Source: a virus (Duplodnaviria; Heunggongvirae; Uroviricota; Caudoviricetes). From it: a stretch of DNA of 64,000 nucleotides. This document shows, one piece after another, positions 36,969 to 46,050 of this stretch. The translations under genes were made by a program, and so were the position numbers. How positions within the stretch are numbered: position 1 is the first letter of the stretch; every line of letters begins with the position of its first letter. Below the pieces are notes generated by a model, which saw only the letters and a list, made by a program, of their open reading frames with translations, did no database searches and was not told where the DNA came from. The stretch lies in IMG/VR virus record IMGVR_UViG_3300044984_001938; one strand, written 5' to 3'.

Positions 36969-37328
36969 TTACTTAGAAGCAGGAGTTGCTGGCTTGACTG
37001 CCGGTGCTGCTGGAGCAGCTTTATCTGTAGCTTTTTTGTCCTTGACAGGTTTATCACTTTTAGTGGCATCCACTTTTTTGTCTTCCTTTTTCTTAGCCAA
37101 TTTAAGTTCTTCTTTGGCTGGTGCTGTAGCCTTAGCAGGTGCTGCTACTGGTTTAGCCGCGGCTGGTGCCGCGGCTTCAACTTTGTCAGCTGGAGTCTTT
37201 TTAGCTTCTTCTTTCTTGGACGGGGCCGCAGCGGGTGCAGCAACAGCGGGTGCTGTAGTCTTGGCTGGCTCAGCAGCCAAGGCGGCAGTGGCCAATAAAG
37301 TAGCGATAACAGTGACGATTTTCTTCAT
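36969..37328 (-). CDS. secreted Ala/Lys/Pro-rich low-complexity protein
   Basis: A convincing signal peptide MKKIVTVIATLLATAALAAEP, then AKP-rich repeats. Preceded by aaagga. Overlapping plus-strand ORFs are judged low-complexity artefacts. Confidence 0.5.
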   Translation of the reverse strand: MKKIVTVIATLLATAALAAEPAKTTAPAVAAPAAAPSKKEEAKKTPADKVEAAAPAAAKPVAAPAKATAPAKEELKLAKKKEDKKVDATKSDKPVKDKKATDKAAPAAPAVKPATPASK

Positions 37329-37430
37329 TTGTGGTTTCCTTTTAAAGTATGAAAGTTGGTAGCAACATTATTGTGTCTACATATATATAACGTGGCAGCC
37401 CACGGAACCGTTGACAAGACTAAATACTAA

Positions 37431-37925
37431 ATGCAATTACAATACATTTCTTATCAGGGCATCTACGATGGAACTAATTTTGAGGATGCTGCCTTACCTA
37501 AACAAATAACCAAATCCATGAATCATGGATTTAGTACCATGGTGAATGTCTGGCGCGATAGTGGGAAACTTTATTTGGGTGTTAATCAACCAATTACTGA
37601 AGTGACTGAGAAATATCTGCAAGGACCTAGATTTTGGCTAAATGCCATGAATAGTGATATGCAGAATTGGATTGTAACTCAACCAAGCAATCTTTACCCA
37701 AACTACTTCTGGTTCCCCACTGCTACCGAAAGTACACCGGTAACCGCAAGTAATGGAAAAATTATTACTCCCGGTACTGTTCCTGTAAACAATACCAGTG
37801 TTATATTTCTTCCTGAGATACAGGATAGAGGAATGTTCAGTACAGTACACCTACGATGTTTCGGTGTATGTAGTAATTATTTGTCTTTTATTAAACGAAT
37901 GCGTAATGAAGGTGTGTGGTATTAA
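37431..37925 (+). CDS. hypothetical protein (plus strand)
   Basis: 164-aa ORF lying between minus-strand genes with no opposing long ORF. Confidence 0.35.
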   Translation: MQLQYISYQGIYDGTNFEDAALPKQITKSMNHGFSTMVNVWRDSGKLYLGVNQPITEVTEKYLQGPRFWLNAMNSDMQNWIVTQPSNLYPNYFWFPTATESTPVTASNGKIITPGTVPVNNTSVIFLPEIQDRGMFSTVHLRCFGVCSNYLSFIKRMRNEGVWY

Positions 37926-37941
37926 CTGGATTTTCCTTCAG

Positions 37942-38331
37942 TTATTGTCGCACCCTAACTGATTCTAAATAACTTTCTATATCACCATATAGTGCTAGCA
38001 TCATTGCTATCTTACTATCATATAGTCTTATAAACGGTTCTTTTGCTTCTATGGTTTTATTTACGCTAAAGTAATATGGACATTTAATTTTCTTATTACA
38101 TTCAGTTAGAAACTTATACCAATGGTTAAGTTTAATCTTAACCGGTAAGTCAAAATATTCAATTTCTGCTTGTCTAAACATTAGATCACCTTGTGGGGTG
38201 AGGCGTAGACTATCACCTGATTTGGTGAACCACCAATCACTTATAACTGTTTCAATTGGGATGTTATTACTAGGCAGTTGATCCATAACTGCTCTAGTGA
38301 TTGTGTATTTTACTTTTCGTCTATCATTCAT
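37942..38331 (-). CDS. hypothetical protein
   Basis: 129-aa ORF. Confidence 0.4.
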   Translation of the reverse strand: MNDRRKVKYTITRAVMDQLPSNNIPIETVISDWWFTKSGDSLRLTPQGDLMFRQAEIEYFDLPVKIKLNHWYKFLTECNKKIKCPYYFSVNKTIEAKEPFIRLYDSKIAMMLALYGDIESYLESVRVRQ

Positions 38332-38617
38332 CTGGGTACACTGTGGTACCGGTATTCATAAACACCACAGTGAACAAAGCTGTTTTAAATTGTATGTTTA
38401 GTTTGCGACAAAGATTCCGTGCATGTCCAGGATTACTGAAACTTGTTTTCTTATACTTGGGAGTAGCATCCGGATCTTGATAGTGCTGTGACTTTAAATT
38501 GATAGGTTGACCATCATAGAATACAGCCCATATACCTGCAGCTTCTACGATTTGATCAGACTTGTATGTTACTTTATCTACAAATTCTAATAATACTTTT
38601 GGTTGCATTCTTGCCAT
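38324..38617 (-). CDS. hypothetical protein
   Basis: 97-aa ORF. Confidence 0.4.
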   Translation of the reverse strand: MARMQPKVLLEFVDKVTYKSDQIVEAAGIWAVFYDGQPINLKSQHYQDPDATPKYKKTSFSNPGHARNLCRKLNIQFKTALFTVVFMNTGTTVYPDE

Positions 38618-38814
38618 TAAAATTTACCTCCGACTATTTCAAGTTGAATAACTTCGGAAGTGTTTTTCTTTCCCTCAGTAACCTCATAGTGATCTACCAA
38701 CAATTTAGCTAATTCATCACGCAGACCACGCGCATCGGATAATGGGATAACCACATCCTTACCCTGTCTACTTTCAATATTAGTTACTCTATCAATAAAT
38801 CGTTTAATATGCAT
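38617..38814 (-). CDS. hypothetical protein
   Basis: 65-aa ORF with ATGA overlaps. Confidence 0.35.
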   Translation of the reverse strand: MHIKRFIDRVTNIESRQGKDVVIPLSDARGLRDELAKLLVDHYEVTEGKKNTSEVIQLEIVGGKF

Positions 38815-39272
38815 TAGATATTTATCTGAGTTTTTGCTTCGTCCTCAGTTTTATAAGGACCCATATACTCATAACGCTGGATAAAGATGTATTTAGGACA
38901 AAAAATGATATTTGGTTCTTCACCTTGATACAAAACATACCAACCCGCGGCATGAAAGCACTTGCTTTTCAGTGTTTTTGTAAAAACATGTATCTTGCGC
39001 TTGATATCAAGTATAGAGTTATATGCCTTCTTGGTAGTGGGATAATCGTTGAAAGGAACTTCTTTTTTTGTTTTATCTAGCTTAATGGTTTGAAACTCTA
39101 TATTGGTTTGCTTTTGAATACTATTAGTATTTTTAAAATGAGTTTTACTGCCGTTAAGTTTTACCTCAAAGCCGGACCCATCAGCAATAACATTTCCTAC
39201 CTTTTCAGTACCATCAGTAACAATCCAAAATTGATTCTTAACGACGGGTTTTGCGATTAGTGGTTTTGTCAT
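38814..39272 (-). CDS. hypothetical protein
   Basis: 152-aa ORF. Confidence 0.4.
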   Translation of the reverse strand: MTKPLIAKPVVKNQFWIVTDGTEKVGNVIADGSGFEVKLNGSKTHFKNTNSIQKQTNIEFQTIKLDKTKKEVPFNDYPTTKKAYNSILDIKRKIHVFTKTLKSKCFHAAGWYVLYQGEEPNIIFCPKYIFIQRYEYMGPYKTEDEAKTQINI

Positions 39273-39531
39273 CTTCTTTCATTTCTATTAATTTTGTAAT
39301 CTTTTTAAAATTACTTTGTTTGTCTACTATAACATTATAGGTTACATCTGCAAAGCGAATTGGCAAATCTAAATGAATGACAAACTGCGGACCAATTGTA
39401 TCATTGATTACAGTATCAAGTCCAATCGCACCCACAAACGGAATTTTGTTCCAATATCCAAAGACTCGTTGACCAAATGCATATTTAGCCTTGTGCCTAT
39501 TCTTAGCAAAATAATCAGCTAGACTTACCAT
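39238..39531 (-). CDS. hypothetical protein (start trimmed to internal Met)
   Basis: The track ORF 39238-39633 overlaps the upstream gene by 100 nt. An internal start MVSLADYF avoids the overlap. Confidence 0.3.
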   Translation of the reverse strand: MVSLADYFAKNRHKAKYAFGQRVFGYWNKIPFVGAIGLDTVINDTIGPQFVIHLDLPIRFADVTYNVIVDKQSNFKKITKLIEMKEDDKTTNRKTRR

Positions 39532-39532
39532 A

Positions 39533-39796
39533 CTATTCCCATTGATGTGTTTTGTCATTCCAGTGACGAGTATCGTACAGGTACAATTCACATTCGTAAC
39601 CAAACAGTCCAAATTCCATGCGTAGTCCAGCATGATCTTGTCTAATTGAATATGCTAATGCTAATTTAACAATATTTGCTGTACAGTAAATATTGGCTTC
39701 AACTGCTTTATTCTTAGTGAGTAGCTTGCTAGTACCTGTTAATATTTCAAAGCGGGTGCTGAAGGGATAGTCAATAGAAAAATTTATATTGATCAT
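39533..39796 (-). CDS. hypothetical protein
   Basis: 87 aa, ATGA-coupled to the family gene upstream. Confidence 0.4.
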   Translation of the reverse strand: MININFSIDYPFSTRFEILTGTSKLLTKNKAVEANIYCTANIVKLALAYSIRQDHAGLRMEFGLFGYECELYLYDTRHWNDKTHQWE

Positions 39797-40002
39797 TCTT
39801 CAACTCCGAAATATTCTTCTATCTCTTTCATCGCAGCGACTCCTACCATGCCTGATACTTTTTTATCAACAATGTCGAGGCATTTAATAACAATCAACCG
39901 GGCGAACACCTCTAAGTCTGGTTGTGGAAACGGGATTTCATTACCTAGCCTGTCGTATTTTCTAGTTGCTTCTTCAGCAAGCAGTTTAATTTGTTCGTTC
40001 AT
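39793..40002 (-). CDS. HFGVEE-family small protein (dispersed paralog)
   Basis: MNEQIKLLAEEA...FARLIVIKC...EEYFGVEE. Confidence 0.5.
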   Translation of the reverse strand: MNEQIKLLAEEATRKYDRLGNEIPFPQPDLEVFARLIVIKCLDIVDKKVSGMVGVAAMKEIEEYFGVEE

Positions 40003-40034
40003 GTTATATCTGCTAGGATGTTTAGTAAAGTCGT

Positions 40035-40589
40035 TTATTCATTTTCTTTTTCGTTACTATGGGCTGCACATACTGTTTTAATCCAACCGCCACTAGTTTG
40101 CTCACCGGGAGCTCCGCATTCTTCACAAGTAACCCCACTCATGCTTTCTGCCATACGGACCATTCCGTCAATAATATCATCGCCACCTGTGTAGTAGAAG
40201 CGTAGTGTGCCAAACTTTTCTTTAACTTGATCTAGTGTAACTTGTGGAATCGGTTCAGGCACTTGTCTACTGTCTCCGGCAATAATTTCCGCAAGCCGTT
40301 TTTCTTTGTACTCTGGATTGATAACACTTTTCATTTCTTCTTCAAACAGATCAAAATTGCCCCCTCTGGCTTGTGTAGCCATATTGTTATAATCTATGGC
40401 CCACTTACGCTGTTTCTCTTGCCAATCAAGATGATGTTGGATATTGCCCATAAGTTGATCCAATATATTGAACCATCCTTCACCGCATGAAAAACCCCAA
40501 CACATGCAAGTCTCCATTGGAGATTTATTGCGGTTGACCATCATCTTTGGATACTTCTCGCATAATAGCGTATCTAATTCTTGTTTCAT
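40035..40589 (-). CDS. hypothetical Cys-rich protein
   Basis: 184 aa with CMCWGFSCGEGW and a C-terminal CEECG...C zinc-ribbon-like segment. Confidence 0.45.
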   Translation of the reverse strand: MKQELDTLLCEKYPKMMVNRNKSPMETCMCWGFSCGEGWFNILDQLMGNIQHHLDWQEKQRKWAIDYNNMATQARGGNFDLFEEEMKSVINPEYKEKRLAEIIAGDSRQVPEPIPQVTLDQVKEKFGTLRFYYTGGDDIIDGMVRMAESMSGVTCEECGAPGEQTSGGWIKTVCAAHSNEKENE

Positions 40590-40885
40590 TCTTCAACTCC
40601 AAAATGTTCTTTAATTTGATCAATACCTTGATCTACAGCATCATGCCAAGTACTTGAGTATTCTTGATTATTCATAGTCTGCCACGAGTGCATTTCATTC
40701 AGAATGGCACAACATTCACCTACAATCAACTTGGTGAACTCTCTCATTTGATCAAAAGTATACCCGTGCATATCTCCTTGTTCAGGATCATACCCTAACC
40801 ATTCTTGCGCTGGTAATTTAATTTGGTTGTTCATACCACCTCCACTACACGATATTGACTGTGCGGGTAATTCTTCATAAGCCAT
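40586..40885 (-). CDS. HFGVEE-family small protein (dispersed paralog)
   Basis: The internal start MNNQIKLPAQE is likely. The protein then runs ...FTKLIVGECCAIL...KEHFGVEE. Confidence 0.5.
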   Translation of the reverse strand: MAYEELPAQSISCSGGGMNNQIKLPAQEWLGYDPEQGDMHGYTFDQMREFTKLIVGECCAILNEMHSWQTMNNQEYSSTWHDAVDQGIDQIKEHFGVEE

Positions 40886-40952
40886 TCAATCATACCTTCT
40901 TCATAAGGAAGAAATACACTATTGAATTTGTTGGTTATACACTTTTGCATGA

Positions 40953-41417
40953 TCAATCCTTTGTTAATTCAGCAACTAATAAGAAATGATCGTATGCTTT
41001 CTTAACTGCTGGATTAGAGTATAACACATCTGCTTCCTTTTGTAAAGCCTTTATAGCTACTTGGGCAATATCATGTGCGCTTGAATGGCTCAATGAGCAA
41101 AGTTCATCACCAAACTCTTTGGCCAATTTCTTCCATGCTCGTTGTTGTCCTTTGGTAACAGGAGTTTGTTGTGGACGCATTTCACTGGCCACACGTATAG
41201 CATGAGTAATCGCATCCTCTGCTACGCGGCCTGCTGCAATCATTGCTGCATAGTTAGGATCGATGTTGTACCTGCGACTCTGCCCTCCCGGATAGCACAT
41301 CACAAGATGATTACCTTTTGGAAAACTATCAATGTATTCACTGTCATATTCTGCAACAGGTTTATAAATTACCCTACCTGCATTAGATAGTAGTTTTTCG
41401 TAGTAAATCTTTTTCAT
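40953..41417 (-). CDS. hypothetical protein
   Basis: 154-aa ORF. Confidence 0.4.
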   Translation of the reverse strand: MKKIYYEKLLSNAGRVIYKPVAEYDSEYIDSFPKGNHLVMCYPGGQSRRYNIDPNYAAMIAAGRVAEDAITHAIRVASEMRPQQTPVTKGQQRAWKKLAKEFGDELCSLSHSSAHDIAQVAIKALQKEADVLYSNPAVKKAYDHFLLVAELTKD

Positions 41418-41418
41418 A

Positions 41419-42258
41419 TCATGTCCACAAACTCTGCCTGATCTTAATTAAACGAATCAGCATTTCTGTATCTTCTTTTTCGTAGGCTTTTTCAATCTTG
41501 GATAACAGTTTCATGGCCTTGTTGCTTGCTTTTTTACTAGCAGTATCTTTTGAATTCATCCCAATCCAGTGATCACCATGTTCATTCCGCAAACTATCGC
41601 AGTAAGCACTCCACCCACTTGCATCATGTGGATCGGGACGATTGCGATAGGTAACTGTCCACCAAGTATAAAGTTCTTTGAGTTCCTTGGCCCTAATTGC
41701 TTGACTAGTAAGTACTGCCTCACCTTTCTTATCTTCATCCAAGAATTCTTCATTGGTAAGTGTCATTTCCCAATCAAGATGATCTAGCCCAGCCTGTGGA
41801 CAGCGCCACACCCTCCAACGCCACCAACCACTGGCCCAGAATGGAGGATTGTACTTAGCGCGGGCTGTTTTATCACCCCAGGCAATGTGTGACCATGCTT
41901 GTTCAATTTCAACAAAGTCTACCAGTTCGTTAAACAAGCAAGGAAGAAACCGATTACCAACATCGCACCAATCACCAGGCTTAATATCACGCGCATGGGC
42001 AGTAAGACTGTGAGTACGACTAACCCAGCGATTATTGATGTAATACTTGATGCTGTATAAACTTCTAATAGGCCAAGTGACAAAATCTTGGATATCACCA
42101 AGGGCTTCTTCAGCTACCCAATAGCGGAAGTTATGTTTCATTTGAGCCCGAGTTGTCCATTCATTCCATTCTTCGGCTGTGCCTGCTTTAAGTTTGTTAG
42201 TGCCTCGAATCCAATCAGCGAGTGGACCGCAAGACCAATAGTGTGTGTGCTGTGCCAT
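41419..42258 (-). CDS. hypothetical Trp-rich protein
   Basis: 279-aa ORF. Confidence 0.45.
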   Translation of the reverse strand: MAQHTHYWSCGPLADWIRGTNKLKAGTAEEWNEWTTRAQMKHNFRYWVAEEALGDIQDFVTWPIRSLYSIKYYINNRWVSRTHSLTAHARDIKPGDWCDVGNRFLPCLFNELVDFVEIEQAWSHIAWGDKTARAKYNPPFWASGWWRWRVWRCPQAGLDHLDWEMTLTNEEFLDEDKKGEAVLTSQAIRAKELKELYTWWTVTYRNRPDPHDASGWSAYCDSLRNEHGDHWIGMNSKDTASKKASNKAMKLLSKIEKAYEKEDTEMLIRLIKIRQSLWT

Positions 42259-42492
42259 TTATTCTCCTAGTTTTTCCCATACCCATTCAGACTCTTTCAT
42301 GTGTGCTACTGGTTTCAACCATCCATTACTAATGCAGTCAGATATAATTTGCTTATAATTTTCAGGACATTCTCTGTTAATTTCAAAACTAGCCCTAGGA
42401 ATATTAACAAAACCCTTTTTATCAATCATAGTAAACTCTGGATCACCGCATCGTATTGTCTTAATGCGAAAAGATGATTCAGTTACCTTCAT
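42259..42492 (-). CDS. hypothetical protein
   Basis: 77-aa ORF. Confidence 0.35.
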   Translation of the reverse strand: MKVTESSFRIKTIRCGDPEFTMIDKKGFVNIPRASFEINRECPENYKQIISDCISNGWLKPVAHMKESEWVWEKLGE

Positions 42493-43484
42493 TTCAAAAT
42501 ACCCTCATAAGGACTGTTAAGCCATTTTGCATAAGTCTCAGCATTTGTACTAATTTTAGCCAAATCGTATTTACCACAAAACTTCAGAAAGTGAATACCA
42601 ACTTGCGGAATAGTAGTTGTACGAACACCCTCACGAATATGTGTGTCTACTGACAGTTTAACATCATCGGGCTGGGCTGTCAAGTCTATGAGTACCCGAT
42701 TGCGTTCATAATCATCACGCACACGATGTTCCACACCATTGTGGTCCTGCCAATGTTGCAACATCAGATTGTTCCACGCATAGCCTTGCTTAGTTCTATC
42801 AGCGTATGCCTCAATCAATCCAGCTTTCTTTTGTGTACCTTTTTCTCTTACACCCGGATAAGCCGAAAACACATTGTCAGTGGCATCACCCCTCATGGTC
42901 TTCTTGAACAGCAGATATTGTGGATCCTCTAGTAGTTTAATATTCTTTTCTTTGTCCTTTACAGGTTTACCCTTGTCATCAAAATATCCTTCAAGTGTGA
43001 TTAGATGCCCAGCGACACCGTTATACTGTTTTACCTTGGGAGTGATAAGTTGCAAATAATCAGTATCGCTACTGATAATAAAATGTTCATCATCGGGATG
43101 CAAGTGAATGAATCGTGCAATCAAGTCATCAGCCTCAGCTTTTGGATCACGCAGGACACTACAGTTTGTGCGGTCTTTAAGATATGTGCAAAATGTCTCA
43201 TACGTGGTCCAAAACAGGGTGTTCTCATCGGCCTCAGCTACTGTTTGAGACAAGGTATCTACTACGCGGTTCTTCTTGTACGGAGCATAGAAGTTTTTGC
43301 GCCAGCTTTTCCCCTCCAAGCAGAAGACCACATGATCCACCCCAAACTTACGCACAATTTGATTTGTGCTAGCCAAGGTAAGATGTAGGGCCATTCCTAT
43401 TTTCTCCTCAACTGTACTACTGCGTGATGCAATGTGCCGGGCACGAAAAAATGTATTTGCGGTATCGATCAGGGCGTATTTCAT
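42489..43484 (-). CDS. rnh: 5'-3' exonuclease / RNase H (T4 rnh-like flap endonuclease)
   Basis: FCLEGKSWRKNFYAPYKKNR closely matches T4 RNase H LCIDNAKSGYWRRDFAYYYKKNR, and EADDLIARFI matches EADDHIAVLV. Size 331 aa versus 305 aa. Confidence 0.8.
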   Translation of the reverse strand: MKYALIDTANTFFRARHIASRSSTVEEKIGMALHLTLASTNQIVRKFGVDHVVFCLEGKSWRKNFYAPYKKNRVVDTLSQTVAEADENTLFWTTYETFCTYLKDRTNCSVLRDPKAEADDLIARFIHLHPDDEHFIISSDTDYLQLITPKVKQYNGVAGHLITLEGYFDDKGKPVKDKEKNIKLLEDPQYLLFKKTMRGDATDNVFSAYPGVREKGTQKKAGLIEAYADRTKQGYAWNNLMLQHWQDHNGVEHRVRDDYERNRVLIDLTAQPDDVKLSVDTHIREGVRTTTIPQVGIHFLKFCGKYDLAKISTNAETYAKWLNSPYEGILK

Positions 43485-43527
43485 ATGTGTGTATTATATA
43501 TTACTATGTAGATATTGTCAAACTATA

Positions 43528-45504
43528 TTAATCACCGTTTACCCGCTTACCATTTTGATCATATTTATTTAGGTAATCCTCATTGATTGAGGTTTTCAAC
43601 GCATCGCTGCTTGCACACCGGGTATATAAATTTTCTGGTCTATTGTCAGTTCGGTCACCGTTAAGATGATCACATTTCAACTGTCTTTTCCAATGCATAT
43701 TGAATTCATCATCAGTCAATTTACGCTTCAATTTATGCAGCGCCAGATCATCTGCTTGTACGCTCCCAGTACGTTTACAGAAGGTAACTCCCTTAGCATC
43801 AACTAATCCCAAGTCGGTGCAATGTTGGCAATAGTCTTTCTTGTTCATTTGATTTTGTGAACCCGGATCGTAACCCTGATCAAAGTGAGGCTTAATCACT
43901 TTAGTTACATTATTCTTTTCAACGGGCACATGAGTGCGAATGATGTTCAGATACAAGTCTAACCCTTCATTAGGGGTGTGCATGTTTTGCCGGAACTGAT
44001 CAAACGCAACATCTAGCAATGATGAATCATTGGGAATGACAATTTTAACAGTATTAACAAACACTACATACTTTGCCAACAGAATTTTTTGTTCAAGTGA
44101 CACCTCCAATTCAGCAATTTGTCGTGCTTTGTCGGTGTGATCATATACTCCGCACAATAAACGCTTTGCTCTTGCCATTGTTTGCAATTGCATCAAGCAA
44201 ACATTCTTTGCGCTAGGATAACCCAAGAATGAAATTTGTTTCAGTCTAGGTATATCCCAACCCATATTACCTTGCATAACCACACCTAGCAAAAACGGAT
44301 CTATAATATTAGATTTGTTATTAGCCAAATCAATAATGTCATACGCATCATTGCAGTTATTATATTGATTATGGCTTGTTTTAAAATACACTTTTTCGTC
44401 TGATGTAACAATACCAATATCTGCTTGCAATGATTTAGCAAAATTTATGAAATTATTCTTCCGACCACGAGTTTTATACAATGGAATAGACTTACCGGCA
44501 TCATAACGCCCAAATTTAAAAAACGCACCGGGAATAATTTGAACAATGTCAATTTCCATTGCCTTTTTCCAAGTTTCTACATCAATGTCATTGAAAAATT
44601 TATCACACTTTTCAACAGTCACTTCATAAGTCAACTTTGACAATTCATATGTATTCAACAATTCACTCCGGTAAGTAGATGAATTGACATATGGTTTAAT
44701 AGGTGTCATTTCTGCAAACACACTAGTATTTTTATACTCAGGCATAGGGGACAACGATTTAAACACCTTAGCACCCAATGTAGTTCCGCCTTGCTGACTT
44801 ACAGTAGCAGTACCGGTATAACCTAAGACACGCGATCCGGCAACTGCCATACCATTTATAGTAGGCAACCACTTGGGGTCAAAGTTTTTGTTATTACGAC
44901 CTTGATCATAAAAGATTGTAGTAGCATCAATTGTACCCATACCAAAGTGAATTTCATCAACAAAAATATATTGAGGGACTCCTATATTTTTAGGAATAGC
45001 CGGATCACGATAGCTTCCCCAGATACGGCCGAGCCACTGAGTAGACACAAACCAAACATCAACTACATTTTCCGGTGTTAGTTCATGTAGTTCCCATGAC
45101 TTTTTAATTTCATCCTTGCAGCGGGCACGAATCGTTTTGATTTTACCATCATCACACTGAATACGCCTTTCATTCCACTCTGCGTGAAACTTATGGTAAG
45201 GACCAGATACACACCCACTATCAGGTGATGTGAACACGATAGTTTTCACTGACGAATCACGCTGGATCACAGATGGGATTGTGATTTTAGTAATCACAGT
45301 AGATTTGCCTGCGTTAGTCCCTGCAGGTATGATTGTAATACGATTGTCGTTAGCTAGTTCAGAATCGGCAATAGAAGTAAAAAGATTGTCGTGCAAATAT
45401 TTCTTTTGCAGCGGCCGCATAAAATCTAAATCAATCTTCTTTGTTGCAGTTGACAATTTGATTATGTTTGTATTTGTGTTTGTGTTTGGAAACAAATGGC
45501 TCAT
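43528..45504 (-). CDS. SF2 helicase/ATPase with C-terminal HNH endonuclease domain
   Basis: Walker A AGTNAGKST, Walker B/DExH YIFVDEIHFG, and motif III GYTGTAT. The C-terminus has CQHC...CDHLNGDRTDNRPENL...C, an HNH signature. Confidence 0.55.
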   Translation of the reverse strand: MSHLFPNTNTNTNIIKLSTATKKIDLDFMRPLQKKYLHDNLFTSIADSELANDNRITIIPAGTNAGKSTVITKITIPSVIQRDSSVKTIVFTSPDSGCVSGPYHKFHAEWNERRIQCDDGKIKTIRARCKDEIKKSWELHELTPENVVDVWFVSTQWLGRIWGSYRDPAIPKNIGVPQYIFVDEIHFGMGTIDATTIFYDQGRNNKNFDPKWLPTINGMAVAGSRVLGYTGTATVSQQGGTTLGAKVFKSLSPMPEYKNTSVFAEMTPIKPYVNSSTYRSELLNTYELSKLTYEVTVEKCDKFFNDIDVETWKKAMEIDIVQIIPGAFFKFGRYDAGKSIPLYKTRGRKNNFINFAKSLQADIGIVTSDEKVYFKTSHNQYNNCNDAYDIIDLANNKSNIIDPFLLGVVMQGNMGWDIPRLKQISFLGYPSAKNVCLMQLQTMARAKRLLCGVYDHTDKARQIAELEVSLEQKILLAKYVVFVNTVKIVIPNDSSLLDVAFDQFRQNMHTPNEGLDLYLNIIRTHVPVEKNNVTKVIKPHFDQGYDPGSQNQMNKKDYCQHCTDLGLVDAKGVTFCKRTGSVQADDLALHKLKRKLTDDEFNMHWKRQLKCDHLNGDRTDNRPENLYTRCASSDALKTSINEDYLNKYDQNGKRVNGD

Positions 45505-45559
45505 ATAATTTTCCTACAGTTTAAAAATAAAGTATAAACACTGCTATTCATATTCAATA

Positions 45560-45591
45560 TGCATTATAGCATAGAATTCATTTATCGTCAA
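45560..45591 (-). promoter_or_regulatory. sigma70-type promoter (TTGACG-17-TATAAT)
   Basis: -35 at 45591-45586 and -10 at 45568-45563 on the minus strand, upstream of the gene starting about 46050. Confidence 0.5.
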
Positions 45592-45594
45592 CCT

Positions 45595-46050
45595 TTAGCT
45601 GACTTCTGTACGCCCGTCACCCAAATCCTTAGCACGGACCACTCTCATATCAGTAGCTTGTGCCCGATTCTCGGGATCGGCTTGCTGCTGTTCATATAGC
45701 TCTAATGCCACATTGCGGCAAACCGTCTGAAACCACCGATCGACTATGATAGTATCACTATCATCATCACGCATCTTATACCCTGCACGAATTAAATTTA
45801 ATACAAATTTGTCATTAAAATCAAGTTCAAACGCACCGCTGTTAATATCGTACGGATCAATTTCCATCTTTAAAATATTAACATAGGGAAGACCCTCACT
45901 ATCTGCTTTTGCCTTGTCAGATATAATAGGTGCTTCTTTCTTTTCCTTAGGTTTGCGTGGTTTCTTTTCCTTAGTAGTCTTTGGCACCTCTGCTACTGGT
46001 TCTGGCTCTGGCTCTGGCTTTTTGCCAAATAGTTTATCAAATAATCCCAT
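45595..46050 (-). CDS. hypothetical protein with Lys/Glu/Pro-rich N-terminus
   Basis: The start is taken at MGLFDKLFGKKPEPEPEP to limit overlap with the upstream gene. Confidence 0.4.
   Translation of the reverse strand: MGLFDKLFGKKPEPEPEPVAEVPKTTKEKKPRKPKEKKEAPIISDKAKADSEGLPYVNILKMEIDPYDINSGAFELDFNDKFVLNLIRAGYKMRDDDSDTIIVDRWFQTVCRNVALELYEQQQADPENRAQATDMRVVRAKDLGDGRTEVS

Noticed and set aside
36904-37362. Plus-strand ORFs 36904-37362 and 36951-37298, and minus ORF 36761-37069, overlapping the AKP-repeat gene
   Set aside because: All frames are open in the low-complexity GC-rich repeat. Only the minus-strand frame has a credible start, SD and signal peptide. 36761-37069 would overlap it by 100 nt with no alternative start.
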